Shown piece by piece: positions 31,518 through 42,908 of a stretch of 64,000 nucleotides of DNA. This DNA is from Escherichia coli (GTDB taxonomy: Bacteria; Pseudomonadota; Gammaproteobacteria; Enterobacterales; Enterobacteriaceae), in assembly GCF_044324785.1 (NCBI RefSeq), contig NZ_CP172127.1, one strand, 5' to 3'. Numbering within the stretch: the stretch's first letter is position 1; each line of letters opens with the position of its first letter. The position numbers and the translations under genes are program-made. Below the pieces are notes generated by a model. The model worked only from the letters and a program-made list of their open reading frames with translations, was not told where the DNA came from and searched no databases.

Positions 31518-32992
31518 CCCAGCATCGAGCCGGTTGCAATTAAATTACGGTGTAAGTCGAAGACGTGGCTAAGATCGTGGTGAATATGTCCGCCGGGCGC
31601 ATTTTCCAGATAGCGATGCAGATAATCCCGATACATAGGATGTGCACAATTATCAATGATAGTGCGGGCGCGTTGAAGCGGGGAAAGACCACGCAGATCG
31701 GCAATGCCTTGTTCGGTGATGATCACTTTGACGCTGTGTTCGCTGTGATCAACATGGCTGCACATTGGCACGACGGTTGAGATCTTGCCTTCTTTAGCAA
31801 TCGACGGGGCCATAAAGATCGACAGATACGCGTTGCGTTCAAAATCACCGCTGCCACCGATGCCGTTCATCAGATCGACCCCGGCTACGTGCGTTGAGTT
31901 GGCATGCCCGTAAATATCAAACTCCAGGCCGACGTTCAGAGCGATGACGCCCAGACGACGGATGATTTCCGGGTTATTGGAAATCTCCTGCGGACGCAAC
32001 ACAATGCGGCTGGCAAAGTAATCCATATTGTCGTAAATCTTGCGCAGGGAATCGGCCGAGATTGTCAGGCTGGAGGCGCTGGCCCCGCTGATTTTGCCGG
32101 TTTCCAGTAAATGCACCACCGATTCCTGTAGCACTTCCGAATACATCATAAACGGAGGAATTTCCGGGTTTTCCCCCAGACGCGCCATTACCGCATTATT
32201 GATATTGCCCACGCCACTTTGCAGCGGCAGAAATTCCGGCGGAATACGCCCATGCGCCATTTCCTGCAACAAGAACGTGACCACGTTATCGGCAATCTGC
32301 TGGCACATGGGATTTTGCTTATCCAGCATATTACCGGCGTCGGGCAAGTTGGTTTCCACGACGGCGACAATCTTTTTCGGATCGATTTGCACATAGCGGG
32401 TACCGACGCGATCCATTGCATGGAAGATCGACACGCTATTGCGCCGCGGTGGCGCGCCAGGAATCACAATATCTGCCAGTTCTGCAACGCGCGGATCGTG
32501 ATAGTGATTGAGTTCAATGATCACTTTCTTCGCCCGCAGCAGCCAGGTCGGCGCATTACCGATCCCGCTGGTTAACCAGACTCGACCATCCGGTGCCAGT
32601 GCCGATGCTTCAATGACGGCAACATCAATGTCGCCGAAGAAACCGTAATTGACCATTTGCGCCACTTCGCTCAAATGCAGGTCAACGAAACTCACCGCGC
32701 CCTGATTGATCTTTTTACGTAAACCGGACGATGTTTGATATGGCGCACGCCAGGAAACAGCATCGGCGTCAGAAAGTACATCGTCAGCGGCGGCGCTGAT
32801 TGACGCACCCGTCAGCAGGCGAATTTGATACGGCTTTTTGGCCTCATGCTGTTCGTTAGCTCTGCGGGCAATCGCGGTGGGTAAGGCTTTCGGCGAACCC
32901 GCTGGGGTAAAGCCGCTAAATGCCACCATGTCGTTATGCTGGATAATTTCTGCCGCTTCATCGGCGGTCATCCTTGTCCACTGAGTTTCCAT
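31514..32992 (-). CDS. scpC: propionyl-CoA:succinate CoA-transferase
   Basis: 492-aa ORF METQWTRMTADEAAEIIQHNDMVAFSGF... Confidence 0.93.
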   Translation of the reverse strand: METQWTRMTADEAAEIIQHNDMVAFSGFTPAGSPKALPTAIARRANEQHEAKKPYQIRLLTGASISAAADDVLSDADAVSWRAPYQTSSGLRKKINQGAVSFVDLHLSEVAQMVNYGFFGDIDVAVIEASALAPDGRVWLTSGIGNAPTWLLRAKKVIIELNHYHDPRVAELADIVIPGAPPRRNSVSIFHAMDRVGTRYVQIDPKKIVAVVETNLPDAGNMLDKQNPMCQQIADNVVTFLLQEMAHGRIPPEFLPLQSGVGNINNAVMARLGENPEIPPFMMYSEVLQESVVHLLETGKISGASASSLTISADSLRKIYDNMDYFASRIVLRPQEISNNPEIIRRLGVIALNVGLEFDIYGHANSTHVAGVDLMNGIGGSGDFERNAYLSIFMAPSIAKEGKISTVVPMCSHVDHSEHSVKVIITEQGIADLRGLSPLQRARTIIDNCAHPMYRDYLHRYLENAPGGHIHHDLSHVFDLHRNLIATGSMLG

Positions 32993-33015
32993 TTTTACTC
33001 CTTCGTTCGCAGGGA

Positions 33016-33801
33016 TTAATGACCAACGAAATTAGGTTTACGTTTTTCGAGGAAAGCGTTCATCCCTTCCTGGTAATCTTCGCTGTCATAAACGGCGCGG
33101 CGCATCCCCTGAATACGTTCAAATTCATCGGAGTTCATGGTGTGCGCTTCGCCCAGTACACGCAGCTCTTCTTTGATAACGGCAATGGCTAACGGCGCTT
33201 TCTCAGAGATGTGGTGCGCCATTTGTAAGGTGAAATCTTCCAGTTCTTCCACTTCCACAACATGGTTGAGAATGCCGACAGCCAGCGCGCGCTGGGCTGT
33301 GATTGGCGAAGCGGTAAAAATCAGCTCTTTGACAATGTGGAAGCCCGCGTCGCGGGTCAGGTTGTGAATGCCGACCAGGTTATACGGGACGCCGAGGTTT
33401 ACAGGTGTCATTGAGAAGGTTGAGGTACTGGCGGCGATGATCAGATCGGAACTCATGATCATTTCAAATGCGCCACCCCAGACACTACCTTCCACCATCG
33501 AAATGATCGGTTTCGGGAATTTTTGGATCATGCGGGTGATTTGACGCAACGGATCATCATAGGAGAGCGGATCGCGACCGCCAGACGGTAGTTCGTGAAT
33601 ATCGTGACCTGCGGAGAAGACTTTGGATCCACTCGGCGCGCGCAAAATGATACAGCGAATTTCCGGCCGGTTGAGATCGCTTAACGCCTGCATAAGATCA
33701 TCAATAAAGACTTTACTTAAGGCATTAAGTTTTCGGCCATAGTTAAACTCAATGACCGCCACTTTGTTGATAGTGGCAACGTTCACATACTGATAAGACA
33801 T
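33016..33801 (-). CDS. scpB: methylmalonyl-CoA decarboxylase (crotonase fold)
   Basis: Start at MSYQYVNVATINKVAVIEFNYGRKLNAL (261 aa). Confidence 0.92.
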   Translation of the reverse strand: MSYQYVNVATINKVAVIEFNYGRKLNALSKVFIDDLMQALSDLNRPEIRCIILRAPSGSKVFSAGHDIHELPSGGRDPLSYDDPLRQITRMIQKFPKPIISMVEGSVWGGAFEMIMSSDLIIAASTSTFSMTPVNLGVPYNLVGIHNLTRDAGFHIVKELIFTASPITAQRALAVGILNHVVEVEELEDFTLQMAHHISEKAPLAIAVIKEELRVLGEAHTMNSDEFERIQGMRRAVYDSEDYQEGMNAFLEKRKPNFVGH

Positions 33802-33811
33802 AAAAATTCCT

Positions 33812-34807
33812 TTAATCAAAATATTGCGTCTGGATAAATTCACTGAGCTGTCGCAGGCCGGTGCGCGGTGAGAGCGTATTGTTTTTGACCGCTAAAAGCG
33901 TCTGGCGGTAATAGCGATCGAAATCTTCATTCGCGAACAGGTGATTCAGTACTTCTTCTTCGGTTTGTTTACGCAGCCATTCCACCGATTGTTGTTGCCG
34001 CACTTGTTGTAATCGACCACTGGCAGTTAGCGCGGTTTTGAAGTCGATGATGGCGTGCCAGATCTCATCGATTCCACGTTTTTCCAGTGCGCTACAAGTC
34101 AGAACCCGTGGCTGCCATTCGTCGTATTTACGTCGCAGAATATGCAGGGCACTCTCGTACATATGCCGGGCAATGGCGATATTGGTATGGTTATCGCCAT
34201 CGTCTTTGTTGATAACGATCAGATCTGCCACTTCCATCAGCCCCTTTTTAATGCCCTGCAGATCATCGCCGCCACCGGCAATTTGCAACGAGATAAAACA
34301 GTCCACCATGCGGGCGACTTCCGTTTCTGACTGCCCGACGCCAACCGTTTCGACAATCACTACGTCATAACCCGCCGCTTCGCATAACAGCATTAATTCC
34401 CGCGCTCGCTGACTGGCACCGCCCAGATGGCCGGAGGAGGGTACCGGGCGAATAAACGCCGCCTCGGCACGCGCCAGGTCATTCATGCGGGTTTTATCCC
34501 CGAGGATGCTACCGCCAGTGACCGGGCTGCTAGGATCGACCGCAATAACCGCAACCTTTAGTCCCTCACGAATCAACAACATGCCAAAGGCTTCAAGAAA
34601 GGTACTTTTCCCCGCGCCGGGTGTGCCGGTAACACCCAGTCGCAGGGCGTTACCACAGAACGGCATAATGGCATCAAGCAGCTGCGTACTTAGCGCCTGA
34701 TGACGCGGGTGACGGCTTTCCACCAGCGTCATGGCCTGGGCGAGCGTGGCACGCTCACCCTGACGTAAGCGGCGAATACTTTCTGCCAGCGTGGCTTCAT
34801 TAATCAT
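33812..34807 (-). CDS. argK: MeaB-like G-protein chaperone for methylmalonyl-CoA mutase
   Basis: 331-aa ORF with P-loop [12 protein letters not shown]. Confidence 0.92.
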   Translation of the reverse strand: MINEATLAESIRRLRQGERATLAQAMTLVESRHPRHQALSTQLLDAIMPFCGNALRLGVTGTPGAGKSTFLEAFGMLLIREGLKVAVIAVDPSSPVTGGSILGDKTRMNDLARAEAAFIRPVPSSGHLGGASQRARELMLLCEAAGYDVVIVETVGVGQSETEVARMVDCFISLQIAGGGDDLQGIKKGLMEVADLIVINKDDGDNHTNIAIARHMYESALHILRRKYDEWQPRVLTCSALEKRGIDEIWHAIIDFKTALTASGRLQQVRQQQSVEWLRKQTEEEVLNHLFANEDFDRYYRQTLLAVKNNTLSPRTGLRQLSEFIQTQYFD

Positions 34808-36944
34808 GATGCTGGCTTATTAGATTCAGTACGTCGCGCACGCTGTCGAGCATAGGCGTACCTGGACCATAAATCGCCGCCACGCCGCGCTCTTGCAGGA
34901 AGGCGTAATCCTGCGGCGGAATGACGCCACCGGCGACTACGCAGATATCTTCGCGTCCCCATTTTTTCAGCGCTTCGACCAGTTCCGGGATCAGCGTTTT
35001 ATGGCCGGCAGCCAGTGAGGATGCGCCCACTACGTGAACATCATTTTCTACTGCCAGGCGGGCGATCTCTTCAGGTGTAGAGAACATCGGGCTTAAATCT
35101 ACGTCGAAACCGAGATCGGAATAGGCGCTGGCGATCACTTTCGCGCCGCGATCGTGCCCATCCTGGCCCATTTTGGCGATCAGAATGCGCGGGCGACGAC
35201 CATTGTCGGCAAGGAACTGCTCCGTTTGCGCAACAATGGCATCGAACTCGGTGGCCGATTTCTCAGACTGATGATAGCTTTGCGCAATCACGCCGGTAAC
35301 ACACTGGCTTGGCACCAGATAACGGTCAAATGCCGCTTCCAGCGCATCGGAAATTTCACCAAGCGTTGCGCGAACGCGAGCGGCATTAACAGCGGCAGCC
35401 AGCAGGTTTTCGTTATGCTGTGCGGCGTGAGTCAGGGCGTTCAACGTGGCGGTTACGGCGGCATCATCACGGGTGGCGCGAATGCGTTCCAGTGAAGCAA
35501 TCTGCTCGTTACGCACCATCACGTTGTCGATCTCAAGTACATCGGTTTCGTCTTCGTGATCCAGTTTGTACTTATTGACACCAACGATGACACGCTTGCC
35601 CTGGTCGATCAACGACTGTTCGCGCGCGGAGGCCTCTTCGATCATTCGTTTTGGCAGACCTGCTTCGATCGCTTTCGCCATGCCACCGGCTTCGTCGATC
35701 TGTTGGATAATGGCTCTGGCTTGTTTGACGATTTGATCGGTCAGTGATTCAACGTAATAGGATCCGGCCAGTGGATCGACGGTGCGGCAGAGTTCTGATT
35801 CTTCCTGAATGATGATCTGGGTATTGCGGGCAATGCGTGCTGAGAAATCGGTAGGCAAACCAAGCGCTTCATCAAAGGCGTTGGTATGCAGTGACTGAGT
35901 ACCGCCCAGCGTTGCAGCCAGTGCTTCAATGGTGGTGCGGATAACGTTGTTATACGGATCCTGTTCAGTCAGGCTCCAGCCTGAGGTCTGGCAGTGGGTA
36001 CGCAGCGCCAGTGATTTAGGATCCTGTGCGCCAAATCCACTGACCGCTTCGCTCCATAAAAAACGTGCCGCACGCAACATGGCGACGTTCATAAACAGAT
36101 CCATGCCGATGCCGAAGAAGAACGACAGGCGAGGAGCGAAGTCATCAATTTTCAGCCCAGCGGATATTGCTGCTTTGATGTACTCAATCCCATCGGCGAG
36201 CGTAAATGCTACCTGCTGCACGCAGTTGGCACCCGCTTCACCCATGTGGTAACCGCTGATACTGATGGTATTAAATCGCGGCATGTTGCCGGAACACCAG
36301 GCGATGATGTCGGCGATAATGCGCATTGACGGTTTTGGCGGGTAAATATAGGTGTTGCGGCAGAGGTACTCTTTGAGGATATCGTTTTGAATGGTGCCGG
36401 TCAGTTTATCAGGTGTAACACCTTGCTCTTCCGCGGCGACGATATAAAACGCCAGTACTGGTAGCACTGCGCCATTCATGGTCATCGAAACCGACATTTT
36501 ATCCAGCGGGATCTGGTCGAACAGGACTTTCATATCTTCCACGGTGTCGATAGCGACGCCCGCTTTGCCGACGTCGCCCGCCACGCGTGGGTTATCGGAG
36601 TCGTAGCCTCGGTGGGTGGCAAGGTCAAACGCAACGGAAAGACCTTTTTGCCCGGCGGCCAGGTTACGGCGATAAAAAGCGTTGGACTCTTTTGCTGTTG
36701 AAAAACCAGCATACTGACGGATGGTCCACGGTTGGGCGGTATACATAGTGGCACGCGGGCCACGAACGTAGGGAGGCAAACCAGGAAGGGTACCTGTCAC
36801 CTCCAGATTATCGAGATCGGCTTCGGTATACAGCGGCTTGATGGCGATCCCTTCCGCGGTTTGCTGAACCAGCGAGTCGACAGTTTTCTCCCGACGGCTC
36901 AATTCCTTGTTGGCAAGCTGTTGCCACTCCTGCACGTTAGACAT
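34800..36944 (-). CDS. scpA: B12-dependent methylmalonyl-CoA mutase (Sbm)
   Basis: Start at [25 protein letters not shown] (714 aa). Confidence 0.94.
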   Translation of the reverse strand: MSNVQEWQQLANKELSRREKTVDSLVQQTAEGIAIKPLYTEADLDNLEVTGTLPGLPPYVRGPRATMYTAQPWTIRQYAGFSTAKESNAFYRRNLAAGQKGLSVAFDLATHRGYDSDNPRVAGDVGKAGVAIDTVEDMKVLFDQIPLDKMSVSMTMNGAVLPVLAFYIVAAEEQGVTPDKLTGTIQNDILKEYLCRNTYIYPPKPSMRIIADIIAWCSGNMPRFNTISISGYHMGEAGANCVQQVAFTLADGIEYIKAAISAGLKIDDFAPRLSFFFGIGMDLFMNVAMLRAARFLWSEAVSGFGAQDPKSLALRTHCQTSGWSLTEQDPYNNVIRTTIEALAATLGGTQSLHTNAFDEALGLPTDFSARIARNTQIIIQEESELCRTVDPLAGSYYVESLTDQIVKQARAIIQQIDEAGGMAKAIEAGLPKRMIEEASAREQSLIDQGKRVIVGVNKYKLDHEDETDVLEIDNVMVRNEQIASLERIRATRDDAAVTATLNALTHAAQHNENLLAAAVNAARVRATLGEISDALEAAFDRYLVPSQCVTGVIAQSYHQSEKSATEFDAIVAQTEQFLADNGRRPRILIAKMGQDGHDRGAKVIASAYSDLGFDVDLSPMFSTPEEIARLAVENDVHVVGASSLAAGHKTLIPELVEALKKWGREDICVVAGGVIPPQDYAFLQERGVAAIYGPGTPMLDSVRDVLNLISQHHD

Positions 36945-37147
36945 TATTTGCTCCGTAAAACGCAATCAAAATGAGGGTATTTGCGCCTACGGTGAGCTTT
37001 TTACGTGGGTTTGTCGCCAGCAAAAAAAATGCATTCAGACGTCGTTTTTTGCCGCCTGAGATTTGTCTATTTTGTGATGTGATTCAAGGAATACAAAAAG
37101 AAGTGAGGACAACGCCTGATATGTGCTATCAGGCATTATTTGATGGA

Positions 37148-38041
37148 TTAATCCTGACGAAGGACTTTGTGACCATAATCGAGTAACGCATCAGTGACTT
37201 TACGCATCATGCGGCTTTCAGGAGCAAAGCGGTGCCAGTAGAGCATCCGTCGTTGAAATAGCCCAGGCGTTAAGTCAATCAGTTCACCGCTGGCCAGCTC
37301 TTTCTCGATTTGCAGGTGCGGGATCATACAGCAGGTGGTGCCCTGGCGAGCAAGTTGCACGAACGCTTCTGAAGAATTAACGATATGGCACGGTACGCTG
37401 CCTGGGGGCAGATCGAAGTTTTGCTGCAAAAAGGCCTGGTGCATATCGTCAAGATGGTCAAAGGCGACCACTGGCGCTTTTAGCAGAGCCGAACGCGTTA
37501 CGCCGTTAGGGAAATATTTTTCGGCAAACGGTTTTGAGCTGACGAACAGATAGTCGAGCGCACCGAGCTTATCGACAAGACAACTCGGCAGCGCCTGATG
37601 TTGAATACTCACCGCGCCGACCACTTCGCCGCGGCGCAGACGTTCCTGAGTGCGGGTTTCATCTTCTACCTGCAAGTTGAGGCGGATAGGCGAATCAGCC
37701 AACACAGGAGCCAGCGCCGGAAGCAACCACGTCGCCAGACTGTCGGCGTTGACCGCCAGTGAAAGCAGCAGCGGAGTCGAACCGGTTTGTTCATCGCCCA
37801 GCCACTCTTCTTCCAGCAACTCCACCTGGCGTAGCAGTGCCAGCAGTTTTTGCCCTTGTTCTGTCGGGCGCGGTGGTACGGTACGCACCAACAGCGGCTG
37901 CCCGAACATATTTTCCAGTTGCTTAATGCGCTGTGAGACGGCTGATTGTGTAATGCACAGCTTTTGTGCCGCGCGCTCAAATCCTCGTTCACGTATCACC
38001 GCATCCAGTGCCTGTAATGTTCTGTAGTCCGGGCGTTTCAT
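37148..38041 (-). CDS. argP: LysR-family regulator ArgP (IciA)
   Basis: Start at [43 protein letters not shown] (297 aa). Confidence 0.93.
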
Positions 38042-38423
38042 TGCTGTTGTCTGCTCCTGGTAAATGCTTTTTCCTGCACTATGACACAATTTTGTGTCAG
38101 GTTGCATATACCGAAGCCGTCGGCGGGTAACATTTGTATTCGTGGTTAAACGCGCAGCTTAAAAGATCAGGGATTTGCGCTAATGCATTTCGCTCAGCGA
38201 GTTCGCGCCCTGGTTGTGTTGAATGGCGTGGCGTTATTGCCTCTGTTCGCACCGTGGAGCGGCATACCCAGACCGTTGTATGCTTTATTTGCCGGGCGAA
38301 AGGGGATGCCCGCCATTGCGCGATATTTTATGGATGAGTTAACCATGCGGCTTGCCAACGGGGTCTGAATCGCTTTTTTTGTATATAATGCGTGTGAAAT
38401 TTCATACCACAGGCGAAACGATC

Positions 38424-39083
38424 ATGACGCAGGATGAATTGAAAAAAGCAGTAGGATGGGCGGCACTTCAGTATGTTCAGCCCGGCACCATTGTTGGTGT
38501 AGGTACAGGTTCCACCGCCGCACACTTTATTGACGCGCTCGGTACAATGAAAGGCCAGATTGAAGGGGCCGTTTCCAGTTCAGATGCTTCCACTGAAAAA
38601 CTGAAAAGCCTCGGCATTCACGTTTTTGATCTCAACGAAGTCGACAGCCTTGGCATCTACGTTGATGGCGCAGATGAAATCAACGGCCACATGCAAATGA
38701 TCAAAGGCGGCGGCGCGGCGCTGACCCGTGAAAAAATCATTGCTTCGGTTGCGGAAAAATTTATTTGTATTGCCGACGCCTCCAAGCAGGTTGATATTCT
38801 GGGCAAATTCCCGCTGCCAGTAGAAGTTATCCCGATGGCACGTAGTGCAGTGGCGCGCCAGCTGGTGAAACTGGGCGGTCGTCCGGAATACCGTCAGGGC
38901 GTGGTGACCGATAATGGCAACGTGATCCTCGACGTCCACGGCATGGAAATCCTTGACCCGATAGCGATGGAAAACGCCATAAATGCGATTCCTGGCGTGG
39001 TGACTGTTGGCTTGTTTGCTAACCGTGGCGCGGACGTTGCGCTGATTGGTACACCTGACGGTGTCAAAACCATTGTGAAATGA
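38424..39083 (+). CDS. rpiA: ribose-5-phosphate isomerase A
   Basis: Start at [35 protein letters not shown] (219 aa). Confidence 0.95.
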
Positions 39084-39338
39084 TCTGACGGGGGAACCTC
39101 CCCCGTTAAAAAAATTCTCTTCATTAAATTTGGTGACATGTGTCACGTTTTTACCTGGCTATTGTCGATTGCTCTAAATAAACCCTCTAAACCAGCATAT
39201 TCATCCAAGAAATACCTTTGCGTGATATTTCCTCAACATCGCGACGCAAACGTTCATATTGCCGCAATATTATTTTTTGATATGTTGAAAGGCGGATGCA
39301 AATCCGCACACAACATTTCAAAAGACAGGATTGGGTAA

Positions 39339-40571
39339 ATGGCAAAGGTATCGCTGGAGAAAGACAAGATTAAGTTTCTGCTGGTAGAAGGCGTGCACCA
39401 AAAGGCGCTGGAAAGCCTTCGTGCAGCGGGTTACACCAACATCGAATTTCACAAAGGCGCGCTGGATGATGAACAATTAAAAGAATCCATCCGCGATGCC
39501 CACTTCATCGGCCTGCGATCCCGTACCCATCTGACTGAAGACGTGATCAACGCCGCAGAAAAACTGGTCGCTATTGGCTGTTTCTGTATCGGAACAAACC
39601 AGGTTGATCTGGATGCGGCGGCAAAACGCGGTATCCCGGTATTTAACGCACCGTTCTCAAATACGCGCTCTGTTGCGGAGCTGGTGATTGGCGAACTGCT
39701 GCTGCTATTGCGCGGCGTGCCGGAAGCCAATGCTAAAGCGCACCGTGGCGTGTGGAACAAACTGGCGGCGGGTTCTTTTGAAGCGCGCGGCAAAAAGCTG
39801 GGTATCATCGGCTACGGTCATATTGGTACGCAATTGGGCATTCTGGCTGAATCGCTGGGAATGTATGTTTACTTTTATGATATTGAAAATAAACTGCCGC
39901 TGGGTAACGCCACTCAGGTACAGCATCTTTCTGACCTGCTGAATATGAGCGATGTGGTGAGTCTGCATGTACCAGAGAATCCGTCCACCAAAAATATGAT
40001 GGGCGCGAAAGAAATTTCACTAATGAAGCCCGGCTCGCTGCTGATTAATGCTTCGCGCGGTACTGTGGTGGATATTCCGGCGCTGTGTGACGCGCTGGCG
40101 AGCAAACATCTGGCGGGGGCGGCAATCGACGTATTCCCGACGGAACCGGCGACCAATAGCGATCCATTTACCTCTCCGCTGTGTGAATTCGACAACGTCC
40201 TTCTGACGCCACACATTGGCGGTTCGACTCAGGAAGCGCAGGAGAATATTGGCCTGGAAGTTGCGGGTAAATTGATCAAGTATTCTGACAATGGCTCAAC
40301 GCTCTCTGCGGTGAACTTCCCGGAAGTCTCGCTGCCACTGCACGGTGGGCGTCGTCTGATGCACATCCACGAAAACCGTCCGGGCGTGCTAACTGCGCTG
40401 AACAAAATCTTCGCCGAGCAGGGCGTCAACATCGCCGCGCAATATCTACAAACTTCCGCCCAGATGGGTTATGTGGTTATTGATATTGAAGCCGACGAAG
40501 ACGTTGCCGAAAAAGCTCTGCAGGCAATGAAAGCTATTCCGGGTACCATTCGCGCCCGCCTGCTGTACTAA
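39339..40571 (+). CDS. serA: D-3-phosphoglycerate dehydrogenase
   Basis: 410-aa ORF MAKVSLEKDKIKFLLVEGVHQKALESLRAAGYTNIEFH... Confidence 0.97.
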   Translation: MAKVSLEKDKIKFLLVEGVHQKALESLRAAGYTNIEFHKGALDDEQLKESIRDAHFIGLRSRTHLTEDVINAAEKLVAIGCFCIGTNQVDLDAAAKRGIPVFNAPFSNTRSVAELVIGELLLLLRGVPEANAKAHRGVWNKLAAGSFEARGKKLGIIGYGHIGTQLGILAESLGMYVYFYDIENKLPLGNATQVQHLSDLLNMSDVVSLHVPENPSTKNMMGAKEISLMKPGSLLINASRGTVVDIPALCDALASKHLAGAAIDVFPTEPATNSDPFTSPLCEFDNVLLTPHIGGSTQEAQENIGLEVAGKLIKYSDNGSTLSAVNFPEVSLPLHGGRRLMHIHENRPGVLTALNKIFAEQGVNIAAQYLQTSAQMGYVVIDIEADEDVAEKALQAMKAIPGTIRARLLY

Positions 40572-40592
40572 TTCCCCTTCTCTGAAAATCAA

Positions 40593-40623
40593 CGGGCAGG
40601 TCACTGACTTGCCCGTTTTTTTA
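40593..40623 (+). terminator. serA intrinsic terminator
   Basis: acgggcaggtcactgacttgcccgt followed by tttttta. Confidence 0.85.
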
Positions 40624-40749
40624 TCGCTTCTCCACACCGTTGCCGCGTTGTGCATTCGGCTTTGCGAGTCTGCTCCAGAAAATAAATCAAAGTCAGATCA
40701 ATGCGTTGTGTTTATTTAATGGGGATTTACGATGGCAGGGCAGCATGGG

Positions 40750-40898
40750 GCTGTAACGGTAAAGCCCTCACCGAAGCGAGGGCTTGAAGGAGAAGGGTTA
40801 TGATGCGACTTGTCATCATACTGATTGTACTGTTACTCATAAGTTTCCCAGCTTATTAACAGTCAGTCTCAGGGGAGGAGTCATCCTCCCTTACCCTT
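40750..40898 (-). ncRNA. sibC: antisense antitoxin sRNA SibC (ends approximate)
   Basis: Reverse-strand promoter-like TTGACA (40929-40934), 17-nt spacer, TAATTT (40906-40911), just outside the ibsC stop; Sib RNAs are fully antisense to ibs ORFs; ends inferred. Confidence 0.5.
40800..40859 (+). CDS. ibsC: type I toxin IbsC (19-aa hydrophobic peptide)
   Basis: ATG 40800; translation MMRLVIILIVLLLISFPAY; SD gaaggag upstream; in the serA-ygfA gap where K-12 has sibC/ibsC. Confidence 0.75.
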   Translation: MMRLVIILIVLLLISFPAY

Positions 40899-40959
40899 AC
40901 TCACTAAATTAGGTTAAAGAATCAACGATGTCAATCAGGGCGATGCAGGTGTGTCGCCC

Positions 40960-41508
40960 TTACCACTCCCAGACTTTCGACGGTGTAACCACCGCAGGAA
41001 GTGGGATATCCCACTCTTCAACGGGGAGTTTTTCCACCAACTGACAATCATGCGCATAACCCACCGGTTGCATTTGATAGCGCTGCCAGTTTTGTAAGGT
41101 CCGATCATAAAAACCACCGCCCATTCCCAGGCGCTGACCGTACTCATCAAAGGCGACCAGCGGTGTGATCAACACGTCTAATCGGGAAAGGGGTAGCACG
41201 TCACGCACATCCAGTTTTGGCTCATGGATCTTCAACCTGTTCATCACCAGTTCGCTTTGCGGATGGTAATTCAGGAACAGCAAATTACCGGCACTAAAGG
41301 GATGCAAAACTGGAAGATATACGCGCTTACCGGCGCGCCAGAGTTGTTCTATGAGTGGCTGGGTGTCGAGTTCGCCATCAAAAGAGAGGAATACAGCGAC
41401 CGTATGCGCCATCACCACTGGGGGATACGTCATCATCCGGGTAGCGGCTTGTTGACCCATTTCCTGCTGTTGTTCCGGCGTTAACGCACGACGACGTTGC
41501 CGAATCAT
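40960..41508 (-). CDS. ygfA: 5-formyltetrahydrofolate cyclo-ligase family protein
   Basis: Start at MIRQRRRALTPEQQQEMGQQAATRMM (182 aa); an upstream in-frame ATG at 41562 would give 200 aa. Confidence 0.85.
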   Translation of the reverse strand: MIRQRRRALTPEQQQEMGQQAATRMMTYPPVVMAHTVAVFLSFDGELDTQPLIEQLWRAGKRVYLPVLHPFSAGNLLFLNYHPQSELVMNRLKIHEPKLDVRDVLPLSRLDVLITPLVAFDEYGQRLGMGGGFYDRTLQNWQRYQMQPVGYAHDCQLVEKLPVEEWDIPLPAVVTPSKVWEW

Positions 41509-41580
41509 TTTGCGGATTTCTTGTCGGGATAATGTCAGTGGGAGTTCTGGTAGTTGCGTCATGGCTGGTGCCAGATAAGA

Positions 41581-41765
41581 AGGGAATCTCCGAGATGCCG
41601 CCGCAGGCTGTAACCCTTGAACCCTTGGTTCAAGGTGAATGTGTCGTCGCAGTTTTAAGGCTTCTCGGACGGACCGAGCATGCTCACCAACCGCGGAGCG
41701 CCACATTCTTGTGGTATGAAATATCGGCTCAGGGGACTGGCCCGCTTGCGAACATCTCAGAGAAA
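41581..41765 (-). ncRNA. ssrS: 6S RNA
   Basis: Reverse complement reads ATTTCTCTGAGATGTTCGCAAGCGGGCCAGTCCCCTGAGCCGATATTTCATACCACAAGAATGTGGCGCTCCGCGGTTGGTGAGCATGCTCGG...GGAGATTCCCT, which I recognise as E. coli 6S RNA. Confidence 0.9.
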
Positions 41766-41807
41766 TTTTGTCTTCACGGTTACTCTACCACAGTAAACCG
41801 AAAAGTG

Positions 41808-42203
<396 letters not shown>

Positions 42204-42304
42204 CTATAGCTACCCTGATGAGAAGAGACAAGCCCTTTTCTGGTCCACCAGGGCCCAAAGTGGTAGCATATCATGAATATTCCTCCCTTTGACGACGAAT
42301 GCTT

Positions 42305-42883
42305 ATGTCTATACAGAACGAAATGCCTGGTTACAACGAAATGAACCAGTATCTGAACCAACAAGGGACGGGTCTGACCCCTGCTGAGATGCATGGTTTA
42401 ATCAGCGGGATGATATGTGGCGGTAACGATGACAGCTCATGGCTGCCGCTACTTCACGACCTGACGAACGAAGGCATGGCTTTCGGTCATGAGCTGGCAC
42501 AGGCACTGCGTAAAATGCACTCTGCCACCAGCGATGCCCTGCAGGATGACGGCTTCCTTTTTCAGCTTTATCTGCCTGATGGCGATGATGTCAGCGTTTT
42601 CGATCGGGCTGATGCGCTGGCAGGTTGGGTCAATCACTTCCTGCTTGGTCTTGGCGTTACGCAACCGAAGCTGGACAAAGTGACCGGCGAAACCGGTGAA
42701 GCCATCGACGATCTGCGTAACATCGCGCAGCTGGGCTACGACGAAGACGAAGATCAGGAAGAGCTTGAAATGTCGCTTGAAGAGATCATCGAATACGTTC
42801 GTGTTGCCGCGCTGTTATGCCACGACACCTTTACTCATCCGCAACCGACCGCGCCAGAAGTACAAAAACCGACTCTACACTAA
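42305..42883 (+). CDS. ygfB: UPF0149 family protein YgfB
   Basis: Start at [20 protein letters not shown] (192 aa). Confidence 0.9.
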
Positions 42884-42908
42884 AAACAAAAAACGTAAGG
42901 AGAGTGTT

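Noticed and set aside
38134-38368. Two overlapping 60-67-aa ORFs in the argP-rpiA gap
   Set aside because: No SD and odd composition; could correspond to a K-12 pseudogene annotation in this gap, but I cannot support a functional gene.
39084-39338. Hairpin gggggaacctccccc plus a 66-aa ORF in the rpiA-serA gap
   Set aside because: The hairpin is followed by an A-run, not a U-run, so it is not a clear terminator on the forward strand; the ORF has no SD and lies in the serA promoter region.
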